A DNA stretch of 63,407 bases, the filler included, from Octopus bimaculoides (Eukaryota), in assembly GCF_001194135.2 (NCBI RefSeq). It is 4 parts of 4 records of this genome, joined end to end, with 100 filler letters (N's around TTAATTAATTAA, not from the genome) between each part and the next. Parts side by side here need not be neighbours in the genome. Positions count along the whole stretch, not along the records: positions 23,247 to 39,972 come from NC_068995.1; 3 more parts are not named here. The stretch is one strand, 5' to 3'. Under the pieces are notes generated by a model. It was not told the DNA's origin. It saw only the letters and a program-made list of their open reading frames with translations, and did not search any database. A program made the position numbers and the translations under genes. Position 1 is the first letter of the stretch; every line of letters starts with the position of its first letter. Of this stretch, positions 25,363-37,986 are shown piece by piece.

Positions 25363-25666
25363 TGTCCGCGGACAAGATATCTCAAGAACCGCTGCATGGA
25401 TTCGGATGAAACTTTCAGAGATGTTTGGCCTCATGACTGGCACGAACTGATTAGATTTTTGGATCGATCTGATACCGGATAAGGATTATGGATTATCTTT
25501 CCGGTTTTATTATTTAATTGTTGAGAGCGGTCGGGTTCATTTTTAGTATTCTCGTTTGTGAGAGCAGTCAAGTTTATTTCAGATATTTTCATTTTAAAAA
25601 TCATCTCCGGCCAATCGTTGAGAGGACGTTGGTGATGCCTTGGCGGAGGTTTGCGCTGTCTGAGTG
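25251..25666 (+). mobile_element. Helentron-associated non-autonomous element (HINE/DINE-1-like architecture)
   Basis: 5' subTIR TACCTCCGCC (25254-25263) with a nearby inverted partner GGCGGAGGTA (25272-25281), internal (TTTG)n/(TTTC)n microsatellite, 3' subTIR GGCGGAGGT (25642-25650). Confidence 0.65.
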
Positions 25667-25669
25667 TTG

Positions 25670-25672
<3 letters not shown>

Positions 25673-25704
<32 letters not shown>

Positions 25705-27655
25705 TACTTTTAATCTGCATGTTTGTTACAATCACTCGCCGAGACACACCCAGCGTCCTAGGGCGAGCGAAGGATAAGAGATGTTACAGTATGATTGGAG
25801 AGGGGAAGTGGCAGAGGCAGTAGCGAAATATCGTCATGTAATACAACACAGACATTTAAATTGAGAGGGGTTTTCTAAGTATGTGGGCAGCACAATCTTG
25901 TCAGCACAATCTTTTGAATTTCTCTGAGACATGGTTCTCTTGGTATATTATCTAGATGTTTCCGGCGTCCCTTTCTCATCATACCAAGAGCACTCACAAT
26001 AACAGGAACAGTTCCCGCTTTAAGATGCCACATCTTTTTTATTTCTATTTGCAGGTCCTTATATTTACAAATTCCTTTACAGATATATTTTTATCAGTGG
26101 GAACACTTACATTTATTAGTCTACTTATCTTTAATGACTATGTCTGGTCGATCAGCTTGGATCGTTCTGTCGGTGTTGACTGGAAAATCCCAGAGGATAG
26201 TGACATTTTTTCCTTCAATGACTGGATCAGGATGATGTTCATACTAGTAAGCAGGAGCGCTGACTTTGTAGTGTTTAAATATTTCCAAATGTAAATACTG
26301 TCCTACCCTATAGTGGCGGTTTTTGTATTCGTTTGGTATCAGCACAGGACATCCCGAGACGAGACGGTCTAATGTTTCGTCAAATATATTGCAGAATCTG
26401 CATTTAGGATCAGAACCGTTTTGAAGAACGTTAGCCTGGTAGTTTTTGGTAAGCAAGCTTTGATCTTGTGCCACTAATATGAAATCTTCAGTCTCTGCTT
26501 TCAGTCCTGAGCTTCTCAGCCACTGATGTTGTTGTTTGGTCGACATCAGCATTTCAGCTTCGAACTGTATACTGTCCATGCAGAGGCTTCTGGTTCCACC
26601 GCTCCTGAATTTGTTTCTGCCCATTCTTTTTTGCAGACTGTTTGATCCGTTTTGCTTGTTTGGTGGCAGTGGTTTCAGGTTGTTCATCTAATTCGAGGTT
26701 AATACCGAGTTCCCTTGCGAATTTGCAAGCTTCCTTGACAATAGAATGTGATTCTTTGCTGCTTTCGAGTTTGCACACAAATAGCAGCATCCAGTCCCCT
26801 GTACTAGATAAGTAGTTCTTCATTGCTATTGTGAAGGTCCTATAGCACAGCTCTACCTACATCATTCCTCTTCCCCCATTACTTATAGGTAGGTACAGAC
26901 GATCAGCATCTGCTTTTGGGTGGTGTATGTTCTTAGATGTTAATAGTTTTCTTGCCTTCCTGTCCAGGCGTTGGAGCTCTGTAAGATTACAGTTAATGAT
27001 GTTAAAACTGTATTGGATTACTGGAAGTGCCAGTGTGTTAATGGCTTCGATACGATTTTTGGAGTTAAGTTCAATTTTTAGTATGACTCTTAATCTCCTG
27101 TAATACTCTTTTCTAATTTTTTCCTTCATAGTAGCATATTGTATACCACCTCTTTCGTTTATCCCCAGGTATTTATAACTTTCTCGTGGGTCAAGCTCCT
27201 TGATGGTAGTATCGATGTCTAATCTAATGGGAGCTGTTTGCTTGATCTTTGCATCTATAAGAATTCCTTTTGCAACCTTTTTGAGCTTGTGGAAGGATAG
27301 AGTTCTGTTTAAGGAAAGTGTATATTCTTTTAGTTAGTATCGATGTGAGGTGGTGTTGAGACATGTTATTGGTTGGTAGTTCTTTGGATTTTCCGTGTCT
27401 TCAGTTCTTGGTAGATGGTATGTTGTTCCTTCGGTCAGTCAGGTAGGTATTGCTTTGGGATGCAGTTAGGGATGCAGCAAAATGTTGGTGTACTTCTGTC
27501 AAATTCGGCCAGGAGTCAGGGATCCGGTCCAGTCTTAAGGTCTTCCATTTGTGAGACTTTCTGAGAACACATCTTAGCTCTTCTACTTCTATTGTCTCCC
27601 GATTCTGCTCTTCAACTTCATTCAATCTCACTTTCTCACGTTCTATCCAGGGGGT
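25673..27655 (-). mobile_element. Dong/R4-clade non-LTR retrotransposon (REL endonuclease), internally deleted and degenerate
   Basis: Minus frames: RT N-part (KWKTLRLDRIP..KNYQPITCLNT), YKYLGI..HHPKADADRLYLP..GGRG, CCHC-like KCRFCNIFDETLDRLVSGC, REL ILWDFPVNTDRTIQADRPDIVIKD. (TAA)n 3' tail at 25673-25703 and a TAA-rich 5' flank. Confidence 0.85.
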
Positions 27656-27739
27656 TTATTATTATTATTATTAATATTATTATTACTAGTATTATTATTA
27701 TTATTAGTCTATCCAGTGAGCTTATCATCATCATCATCA

Positions 27740-27786
<47 letters not shown>

Positions 27787-27799
27787 GGAAGATGCACAG

Positions 27800-28020
27800 A
27801 CTAGTGATTAGGATGTTACACTCACGATCGCGAGATCGTAGTTTCAATTCCTAAACCGGGTGGTGTGTTATGTTCTTGAGCAAAACATTTCATCGCGCGT
27901 TATTCTGCGATCACTTCGACACCTGACAAGTTGTACACCGTGCACCTGCTTAGGTGACGTCAACTTGATAGAGGGAGAATGAGCTAATGTACAGCACATA
28001 TTTTATCACTATAAACAAAC
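27800..28020 (+). mobile_element. tRNA-derived SINE family A (CpG-rich copy)
   Basis: CTCACGATCGCGAGATCGTAGTTTCAATTCC..TTGAGCAAAACATTTCAT..GAGAATGAGCTAATGT, same family as 2602-2836. Confidence 0.75.
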
Positions 28021-28985
28021 TCCTGTAGTGAGCTTTTTCCCTTGTTTGAGCTCAAAGAAGGGAAAAGCTCGTCAGTGCTCTATCAACATGCTCAGGAAGA
28101 ACATGGAGGCTCGATTAATAGCATTAGAGATTATAGTATTATCGACACATAGAACTGACATAACACATAGATCACAGAAGCTACACACATAACAGTAGAC
28201 AGACCGAGCCTCAGTAAAAACACGAATGGAACAGTAACACCTACCACCACACCACACCGCATGACTAAAGACAGAAAAATGAAAAACAAAACATCTCTTT
28301 CATTTTATCGTAGATGCAAAATTTTGAGATCATGAGAATGAAATAGAATAAACATTTAGATATACACACAATAACATTATAATCATAATAGAAAGTTTGT
28401 GATTTGGGAGCGAAATTGTATAGTATCTTATAATACCATAATTAGACAGTAAAAGAAATCTGAAAGGGAATGTGTGTGTGCGTGTGTGTGTGTGTGTGTG
28501 ACCAACAATGTTTCTGTTCAAAAAATAAACCGATTTTCCAGAATCAAAATACATCTTTCAATTGTTTCTTAAATATGCTGCCATTTACACCATAATGAGA
28601 AGACGATCAATTTCTTCCTAATTAGGGACAAATAATAATCTGTTGCAATTCTATAATCTATCTCGGTGTTGTTTTAGACCATCTTATAAATTATAAATTA
28701 GCTTCAGAAATTGAAACTAATGTTTAACAAAAACAGATATTCCCTCCGTATTCCATGAATAGACTAGAAATTAACGCTAAAGTATATGAAAGAAATTATC
28801 AGTAGCATTACCCGAATTAAAAGAGGTTGTTAGTTACACATGTAGATTAATAAAATTACAATTAATAAGAAAATATAAACAGTGCATGTTTAGATTTTTA
28901 AAAAGGGCAGAAAAGGTCATGAGGTTGATAAAAATGCTTATACAATTAACAGAAGAGAAGTATTTCAATATTTTAAATATTTCCA

Positions 28986-29200
28986 AGGCGGTGAGCTGGC
29001 AGAAACGTTGGCACGCCGGGCGAAATGCTTAGCGGTATTTCGTTTGTCTTTACGTTCTAAGTTCAAATTCCACAGAGGTTGACTCTGCCTTTCATCCTTT
29101 CAGGGGCGATAAATTAAGTACCAGTTGCGTACTGGGTCGATCTAATCGACTGGCCCCATCCCCCCAAATTTCGGGCCTTGTGCCTAGAGTAGAAAGGAAT
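28986..29200 (+). mobile_element. tRNA-derived SINE family B (CpG-rich copy)
   Basis: AGGCGGTGAGCTGGCAGAAACGTTGGCACGCCGGGCG..GTTCAAATTCC..GATAAATTAAGTACCAG. Confidence 0.85.
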
Positions 29201-29835
29201 ATCTCTAAACTGTCACACGTAAAACTAAACAACTGGTTTTAGTACAAACTACAGTAAATTAAACTGGTTGAGCTGAGTGTTATGGGATATGTTGATATAT
29301 TGCATTGATAAATTCAATCAATGCGGAGAATTTTTCACACCTTACAATACTTAAAAATATGACAGTGAATGGTAAAAACTATCAAAAAAGTAGTTAGTGA
29401 TAATAGAGTTTGTCAAAAAACGACAAAAGCAAAAATTTGAAACATAGTAACCATGCATTAAAAAAATGACGACGTATTTTCTCAGAAATTCTAAATTGAC
29501 AATAACACAAATATTTGTGAACGATACAATACACACATGAAACGTATGAACAATTATGCACCTGAAGCATATGGACTTGAGTATTCTAACAGAAGACATA
29601 CATGAAATAGTATTCTTCAAATTTAATCATAACACAATTGGGTTGGGTAGAGGTGTCTTGCCTTAGTAAAATATTAGTACATCAAGCTACAGAAGAATCG
29701 GTAGCAATGTAGATTGAAAACTGCTATAACTACATAATTTACGCAGAACATATGGTAACCAAAACATATGGCATCAGTTTCTGAATAATAACACATCTAC
29801 TATAGTCTCAGACATCTCTGCGTATACGGAGGAGG

Positions 29836-29897
<62 letters not shown>

Positions 29898-32212
29898 ATG
29901 TATAGCGATCAAACAAAATAATCGCTTTTAGGTGTTTCAATCCTGGCCAATGAAAAGTCACAGAACCGTCTAAGTATAACAAATTAGAAATAGAAATATC
30001 CAGAATGCAGAGACTGAAAAGGCTAAAAAGGACATTGGAGTGAATAAAAACTGCAAACTTTGCAATATTTTACAAAAAATGATATGCTAAGATATAAGCT
30101 TTTCTTTCATGAATTACTATATGAAACAAGTAGTTAATATACTAAACTACATGAATTTTGTTATTATTATTATTTAGCCCAAGGTAGTTTTTATCTAGAA
30201 TATCAGCGATGAAAGGCAATCCAGATGTGAGACGTCCCATCTTTTTCCTAGGTACAGTGAAACAGGTACATATTATGTAACGTATCCTTGTTTTTCAAAG
30301 ACGGTAGGGTTTTCGTCAATGTAGTTTCAGCTGCTATTTTTAGTTGATCCATCAACCACATGGAACTGTTTAGTTCTACCGATGATAGGTGCATAAAAGG
30401 TAGAAGAGTTAAAACATATGAAGACTTATTTACATATGTAATTGTCATGAAAATACAACCACTTCGGAAAGTATTAAGAAATATTTCGATGAACAATAAA
30501 TTGGTCAAGAGAACGAAGATGGATTAAAAGAAAATGTGTCGGCGTATGTGAATGCGCGTGTGTATGCGTGTATGTGTACTGTTATGACTCCAGAAAGAAT
30601 GAAGACTGACCCTAAGCATAAACTTTATTACATTTTCTGCGCTCGCATACATACAAGTAATAACTGTAAGTCTCGAATATATAATGAAAATAGTTTTTTC
30701 AAAATTTTTAGAAAAGCGCTCAGTATGAAATTCATATTTAGAGCAACGATTTAATGAAATATGGCTAAACTGAAAGGGCCATGGAAAATAGAAGCATCTC
30801 CTGGACACAAGCTTCTCACTCCTATCACTATATCATACAATATAGAACCGATGAAGTAGAGAGGAAGAGAGGTGAGTAGATCATGGTTAATTATGAAACT
30901 ACGTTGAAATTTTGAAGTTGTACAACTCCGTAAATACGTTGGTAATGCGTATTAATTAACTAAAGTACTGAGACGGCATGCTGGTGGATACGTTTTAAAT
31001 AAATGAGCATGCACACACTGTCTTAATACTTTATTACTTACAAATTTTACAGAAAGGAACAGCGCCTGTGATATTTGCAGGCCTTTCTAGGCAGTTGGAA
31101 TTGATGTCATTAATATTTCTCTTGGACCTTTACAAAACAACACCGACGGAAAAATTATAAGCAAGGAGGGAATTCTAGAAGGCCGACATTCTGGAAAGGA
31201 AGGACTGAACGCTGTGATCAGTGAGGAACCTGGGAGTTGATACAGCATGGATAATAGGAAGAAGTGTGAAAAGTGAGACGTAAGTGCTGGAATAGAGACG
31301 GCATGAGTCCAGTCAACTCCGAAATATAAAGACCATTATAATAGCAGTAGAAACGACAGCAAGAGGAAACAGCACACCGGTAGGCCGAAATGTGTCTAGA
31401 TGCAGTGTAGGACGCCTTTGTGTACAGCAGAATCACTTTCATAGAATGTAAAAAAAAATGCCCCATTTTTTACCTCACTTGAAAGTATCAATAATTGTTA
31501 CAGGTTGAAGCACCTTTTGGCGTTAGACATTGGAATGGAGTAATTTTGAGAGAACTGCTCATGATGAAGAGGTGGCGTGTTTTGGGCTTATCTATCTCTC
31601 CCTACACCTCCTTTTTTCTCAATATGTCTGTTTTTCTTTTAAAAATTTTTTGCATTTTATTTTATTTGCATAATGTGTCCATTTAAACCCCCTCAACATA
31701 CCCATTCTAACTATTACTGGTTTATGTTACTCATCACTATACTTAATAATTAAATATATTTTACTGCTGATATATGCAAACATGTATGCACATATAGTAC
31801 TTCTTGGTGTCCTACATATCTACAACCATGTGTACGTATCTAGGTATGGATCTTATATGTCATCTGTGTGTGTATATCTATTATTTTGTGTTTATTTACT
31901 ATATGTTGCCACTAACATGTATCTTTTAATATGAACGTGTGTATCTGCGTATAAACGTATGTTTCGCATATACACATATATATACTATTTGTTTTATATA
32001 CGTGTATATTTATAACTATACGTGTGTGCCTTTTCTCTCTTTGCACTAGTACGAGTATATATATATATATTGTTGTACGATGTTTCTTCTTTTATGTATA
32101 CCCTAATCAAAAAACAACTAAAATTCTATGTATACTTATGTGCAAATGTGCCTCTACTCATGTATGTGTAAATATACTAACACTTTTTACCTTATAAGTT
32201 TATATTTTCTCT

Positions 32213-32252
<40 letters not shown>

Positions 32253-32829
32253 NNNNNNNNNNNNNNNNNNNNNNNNNNNNNNNNNNNNNNNNNNNNNNNN
32301 NNNNNNNNNNNNNNNNNNNNNNNNNNNNNNNNNNNNNNNNNNNNNNNNNNNNNNNNNNNNNNNNNNNNNNNNNNNNNNNNNNNNNNNNNNNNNNNNNNNN
32401 NNNNNNNNNNNNNNNNNNNNNNNNNNNNNNNNNNNNNNNNNNNNNNNNNNNNNNNNNNNNNNNNNNNNNNNNNNNNNNNNNNNNNNNNNNNNNNNNNNNN
32501 NNNNNNNNNNNNNNNNNNNNNNNNNNNNNNNNNNNNNNNNNNNNNNNNNNNNNNNNNNNNNNNNNNNNNNNNNNNNNNNNNNNNNNNNNNNNNNNNNNNN
32601 NNNNNNNNNNNNNNNNNNNNNNNNNNNNNNNNNNNNNNNNNNNNNNNNNNNNNNNNNNNNNNNNNNNNNNNNNNNNNNNNNNNNNNNNNNNNNNNNNNNN
32701 NNNNNNNNNNNNNNNNNNNNNNNNNNNNNNNNNNNNNNNATATACACAGATAGTACATAATTACAAATATATATATATATATATATATATACAGCATACG
32801 AATACTTACATATACAACATACGTATACA

Positions 32830-32965
32830 ATAATTTTTTGCTAGTTTATTTGTCTATTTGTCTTTTCTCCTGGTGCTGTATGAATACTTGATGTAGTTTT
32901 AAAGTCAAGTTTTAACTGCTATCTCTACCATGGTGGTATCTTTTAGATACCCTTAATTATAATTA
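32830..32965 (+). repeat. Dispersed repeat ending in a GGTATC/GATACC hairpin and (AT)n
   Basis: TTTTTGCTAGTTTATTTGTC..TTAAAGTCAAGTTTTAACTGCT aligns with 38700-38793 (+) and 40520-40660 (-). Confidence 0.65.
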
Positions 32966-34153
32966 TATATATATATATATAATTTCTGTCGATTCATCGA
33001 GAAACGATAAATTACAGAATTCAATACATAAATAACAGGGTGGGGCAAGGGGACCGACCGCTCGCCTCGAGCACATTTTTCATAATTGGAAAATTGGCAC
33101 CTTTTTGCTATATTTTAAACTCCTTAGTTCAATTGTACGATAACGGTCGAATCTTTTTTTAATTTTTTTTTTATCGCATGACCTAGGAAGAACTTTCAAG
33201 AGTCATTACTTTATTTGACCAGCCTCCCATGGTTTTGAGCTGTCTGCTCAATCTCGTTTGATGTTTGACCGCTGACATCTGAAGACCCAAAACAAACAAT
33301 GACTTCATAATCTCTCGACACTGAGCGATACCGTGGAATTTCATCTTTCTCACCTCCATCAGTAGTTGTAAGTTTCATACGTAATGACATTGTTACTGAA
33401 ACATGAAATTAATGAATGTAGAATACAATTACGTATATTATAACCAATGAAATATTTCGCATAAGAAGAGAAATGAGTTAAAAATTGTTTCATATGTCAC
33501 AGCCCCTTTTTTATAAGCCCACCCCTACCATTAACCTTAGAACCTGGCTCCGTCTCTGATTGTATTCTTTAATAAATTATAACTGAAATACTTCCAGTAT
33601 TCCGAATTACACGTATCCGCTCATGATACGAAACTGTTTTCCTTTGAAATATCTGTTGCTGCAATGTATTTTGAAATATTATATGAAAGTTATGGAGTAA
33701 ACGCTTATCTTTATGTCCTTTCAAAAAACTTTGCCGGTGACACGTGCAAGAGCGGGTGTTTCAAGCTCACGTTCTTCATCTCATTTCTGGCTCTCGTGAG
33801 TAAACTCCAAACGTCTTAAACTTCATACAAGTGAGGTCATTATAATAACTAACCTCATGAAACTGTGTTATTGTTTATGTAAGATTTTGAAGTGATATAT
33901 ATATTTTAAGATCCACAAAGATCAGAACTTAACTAAAGCTTTTGGTGGCCCAAATCGGATATGCAATCTATGTGGGTGTCTTTTCAAAACATTATCTGGT
34001 TCTAAAAGCCACATCAGATACCATAATGGTTCTAAGGTGTAGGTACAGGAAGTGGTCAAACTCTACATAAGGAGTAGACAACCTTATGTCTGCTCAATCT
34101 CCGGTGAGCAGACATAAGGTTGTCCGCTGTTGACCGCTGACATCTGACAGGGA

Positions 34154-34179
<26 letters not shown>

Positions 34180-34184
<5 letters not shown>

Positions 34185-34992
34185 GTAGTATATTGCCACT
34201 TAAGTGTGGCTGACCCCTAGGGGTGGATGTTACTGTTGCTTTTAGCCCCAGGAGGACATCTCCTCCAGCTGGCTTATCGACACACGACTGTGTCCTGTTT
34301 GCCAAGGGAGTTATCCCTCTCACCTCGACCAGCAGCACGAACGTATCCGGATTTCAGGGTTATTTCCCTTCGTCGGCGTTCGACAGCTGATGACCTTGGT
34401 GAGAGAGACAAATCTGGCAAACCTTATTNNNNNNNNNNNNNNNNNNNNNNNNNNNNNNNNNNNNNNNNNNNNNNNNNNNNNNNNNNNNNNNNNNNNNNNN
34501 NNNNNNNNNNNNNNNNNNNNNNNNNNNNNNNNNNNNNNNNNNNNNNNNNNNNNNNNNNNNNNNNNNNNNNNNNNNNNNNNNNNNNNNNNNNNNNNNNNNN
34601 NNNNNAGCTGATGACCTTGGTGAGAGAGACAAATCTGGCAAACCTTATATCTTCTTTTCCAGTGACATTCTTCACTGATATTGAAAAGGTGAAAACAAGC
34701 AATGTTAATTCTCTATATGAAGTATTAACAGTAACTGCACGATAAAGTGTAGTATATTGCCACTTAAGTGTGGCTGACCCCTAGGGGTGGATGTTACTGT
34801 TGCTTTTAGCCCCAGGAGGACATCTCCTCCAGCTGGCTTATCGACACACGACTGTGTCCTGTTTGCCAAGGGAGTTATCCCTCTCACCTCGACCAGCAGC
34901 ACGAACGTATCCGGATTTCAGGGTTATTTCCCTTCGTCGGCGTTCGACAGCTGATGACCTTGGTGAGAGAGACAAATCTGGCAAACCTTATT
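34180..34992. repeat. Tandem array of a ~343-bp structured unit (gap-interrupted)
   Basis: AGCTGATGACCTTGGTGAGAGAGAC recurs at 34606 and 34949 (period 343). The array starts directly after (AT)n. Confidence 0.85.
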
Positions 34993-35000
34993 ACCCTGAA

Positions 35001-35867
35001 ATCCGCAAAAATGTGAGCATACGCATACGTGAGAATTGGTGCACTCATGATCACAAAGAAAGTTAGTTATTTACTTGGTGCTTATAAGAATAGGGAGGTT
35101 AAAACTAAACTTAAGTCATCCATACCTTAAATTAAATTAAGTTAACGATTACTCAAAATTCATTTTCGCTGCATATTAAGTACATTAATGTAGCATCCAA
35201 CCATCCACCCCCGATTATACGGTGACTAGTTAAGGATATTTCCAGAAGAATCTCTAGATTATCCACTAATAATAAACTTTTCCAATCTCATGCAACTTAC
35301 TATAATGTTGTTCTAGCTAGGGCTGTGTACCGTGAAAAATTCAGTATATACAAGAAACAAGCATACACAACACTGGTAATTCCTCCAACTGTGATGCACA
35401 TTGTGTACCACCAAGAATACAGGCCACAAAGAATTGGTCATATCAATGAACTACCAACGAAAACTCATAGACACAAGCAACATAATAATTCAATTGCTTG
35501 TTCCAATCCTGTACAACACACTCGATCAAATACGCCTAACAACAGATATAGGAAACAGGATGTTTCCAAGAAATGCTGTCTCTGAACCGAGGTATGCCTG
35601 TCTATTCTGTGGAATAATGAGGAGATAATTAATAGAATTTCTGAACGCCTCTCGAGATGCCTATCCGCATGTAAATGTACTTAGCACAATGCAGTGAGAA
35701 TGAATTTTGAGTAACCGTTATCTAAATTTAACTTACTTCAAGGTATGGATGATTTAAGTTTACTTTTAACCTCCCCATTCTTATAAATACCAAGTAAATA
35801 ACTAACTTTCTTTGTGATCATGAGTGCACCAATCCTCACGTATGCGTATGCTCACATTTTTGCGGAT
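35001..35867. mobile_element. ~870-bp non-autonomous element with ~190-bp imperfect terminal inverted repeats
   Basis: ATCCGCAAAAATGTGAGCATACGCATACGTGAG.. (35001 to ~35190) mirrors ..CTCACGTATGCGTATGCTCACATTTTTGCGGAT (~35670 to 35867). No TSD seen. Confidence 0.75.
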
Positions 35868-35904
35868 GCTTGTACAAGCGAGTGTACTCGCGTCATGCAG
35901 GTTG

Positions 35905-36234
35905 CCCGAGGGCGTTATGACATCCATATCTGTTAACTGTTGTTTTTATTACTTTTCTCGCTGGACTGCGTGTTCGTTTCTCTTTTTGCCGTCTGTGATT
36001 TTATTCTTGATCTTCTATATAAATGAGGATATTTCCTCCGCCTGGATGCTTTTTCTCTCTACAAAACGGAAAGTTACATTGCAGAACAGTTCGATGAGAT
36101 ACATCTGCACCACCGGATGCTCCTGAACCAGTTGTTGAGTGTCCCAACCAAGAGGAATCGATGCTAGATATGTCGAAACAATTGTCGTGATTAATAATAA
36201 ATTCTTATATATTCCATCTTCCGTCTATCATTTA

Positions 36235-36235
<1 letters not shown>
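35905..36235 (+). mobile_element. Penelope-like/pLTR-type repeat ending in a hammerhead-like 3' half and (AT)n, copy 1
   Basis: Diverged direct repeat of 36780-37143. GAAACAATTGTC-GTGAT at 36175-36191. Confidence 0.55.
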
Positions 36236-36273
<38 letters not shown>

Positions 36274-36779
36274 GAGAGGTTTAGTTCACTTGTAATCTAA
36301 GCAAATAGGTACGCTGGGTAAATGCTATAGTTGGTCGACCATTAGTTTCCAATATCACAGCTAAGGCTGTATCTAGGGGGTCCGTGTTAGGATTCCGTTA
36401 TAGCATGTATATATTATATTAGAGGAAAAATCAAAACCAAGGCAGAACAAGTACCTTCTTATACATCCTTCTTATACTTTGGAAAAAGATGAGCTGTGAA
36501 CATTATTCTCCTGCCTATATTCTTGTAACTATTTTTATTCTTTATTCTTCTATTTTACTACTTTATTCTTCTATCTTATTCCTTATAAACTGTGAATTTT
36601 ATTCCTTGTAAACTGTAAATTTTCCCCATCTAAAATATTCATACCTTGTCTCTAATGACGGAATACCTGGAGTCTATGTATGGCGTAGGTTGTACGGCGA
36701 AACTACACGTGTGTGTATGCTAACATCTTCGTAGATGCTTCTATGAGAGAGAGTACATGCGCCATACAACCTACATGAG

Positions 36780-37143
36780 GGTGTTTTACATCCATATCCG
36801 TTAACAGTTGTATCTAATACTTTTTCACTATATTGCGTTTTCCTTTCTTCTTTACATCTGTTACTTAATTATGGATCTTCTACATAAATGAAGCCATATC
36901 CTTTAATTTGCTGTTTTCCTTTAAAAGAACTGGAAAGATACAGTGCAGAACTATTATTTTAACGAGTTATATCTGTTTATCACCCGAAGAGACACATCTG
37001 CATCGTCGGATGCTCCTGAATCAGGTGATAAATATCCCACCTGTGAGGGATCGATGCTAGATGGGTGGAAACAATTGTAGTGATTAATAACTGTAATCGT
37101 ATCTTCCATCTCTCATTAACCAAATATATATATATATATATAT
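36780..37143 (+). mobile_element. Penelope-like/pLTR-type repeat ending in a hammerhead-like motif and (AT)n, copy 2
   Basis: CAC-CTGTGA-..-GAAACAATTGTA-GTG at 37038-37082. Inverted identical copy of the last ~100 bp at 38372-38476. Confidence 0.55.
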
Positions 37144-37761
37144 ANNNNNNNNNNNNNNNNNNNNNNNNNNNNNNNNNNNNNNNNNNNNNNNNNNNNNNNN
37201 NNNNNNNNNNNNNNNNNNNNNNNNNNNNNNNNNNNNNNNNNNNNNNNNNNNNNNNNNNNNNNNNNNNNNNNNNNNNNNNNNNNNNNNNNNNNNNNNNNNN
37301 NNNNNNNNNNNNNNNNNNNNNNNNNNNNNNNNNNNNNNNNNNNNNNNNNNNNNNNNNNNNNNNNNNNNNNNNNNNNNNNNNNNNNNNNNNNNNNNNNNNN
37401 NNNNNNNNNNNNNNNNNNNNNNNNNNNNNNNNNNNNNNNNNNNNNNNNNNNNNNNNNNNNNNNNNNNNNNNNNNNNNNNNNNNNNNNNNNNNNNNNNNNN
37501 NNNNNNNNNNNNNNNNNNNNNNNNNNNNNNNNNNNNNNNNNNNNNNNNNNNNNNNNNNNNNNNNNNNNNNNNNNNNNNNNNNNNNNNNNNNNNNNNNNNN
37601 NNNNNNNNNNNNNNNNNNNNNNNNNNNNNNNNNNNNNNNNNNNNNNNNNNNNNNNNNNNNNNNNNNNNNNNNNNNNNNNNNNNNNNNNNNNNNNNNNNNN
37701 NNNNNNNNNNNNNNNNNNNNNNNNNNNNNNNNNNNNNNNNNNNNNNNNNNNNNNNNNNNNN

Positions 37762-37877
37762 TTTGTTTGGATAATACCATACTTAATTCTGGTGCCATAT
37801 TCACCTTGAATCTATATATATATATAGATTCAAGGTGAATATGGCACCAGAATTAAGTATGGTATTATCCAAACAAA
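37762..37877. repeat. Perfect 116-bp palindrome centred on (TA)7, abutting a gap
   Basis: Arms are exact reverse complements around 37819/37820. Possibly an assembly flip. Confidence 0.8.
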
Positions 37878-37886
37878 TAAAAAATA

Positions 37887-37964
37887 AGGTGATTAAAATC
37901 AAAATAAGCAACAAGTATATTCAACCTTGAATATCCTTATTGCTTATTTTGATTTTAATCACCT
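37887..37964. repeat. 25-bp perfect inverted repeat with a 28-nt spacer, followed by (TA)n
   Basis: AGGTGATTAAAATCAAAATAAGCAA (37887-37911) and TTGCTTATTTTGATTTTAATCACCT (37940-37964). Confidence 0.8.
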
Positions 37965-37986
37965 ATATATATATATCTACAAGCGA

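Noticed and set aside
31100-31470. Hydrophobic minus-strand reading (GVLFPLAVVSTAIIMVFIFRS..) resembling membrane helices
   Set aside because: Contains an in-frame stop, has no clear splice sites and no recognisable family.
34383-34430. CTGATGA in the 343-bp unit as a hammerhead core
   Set aside because: No stem II plus GAAA follows, and the motif is not conserved in the 41-kb copy. Twister and HDV fits also failed by eye.
37762-37877. 116-bp perfect palindrome as a biological structure
   Set aside because: It is centred on self-complementary (TA)7 and starts exactly at a gap edge, so an assembly or library flip is the simpler explanation. Kept only as a feature.
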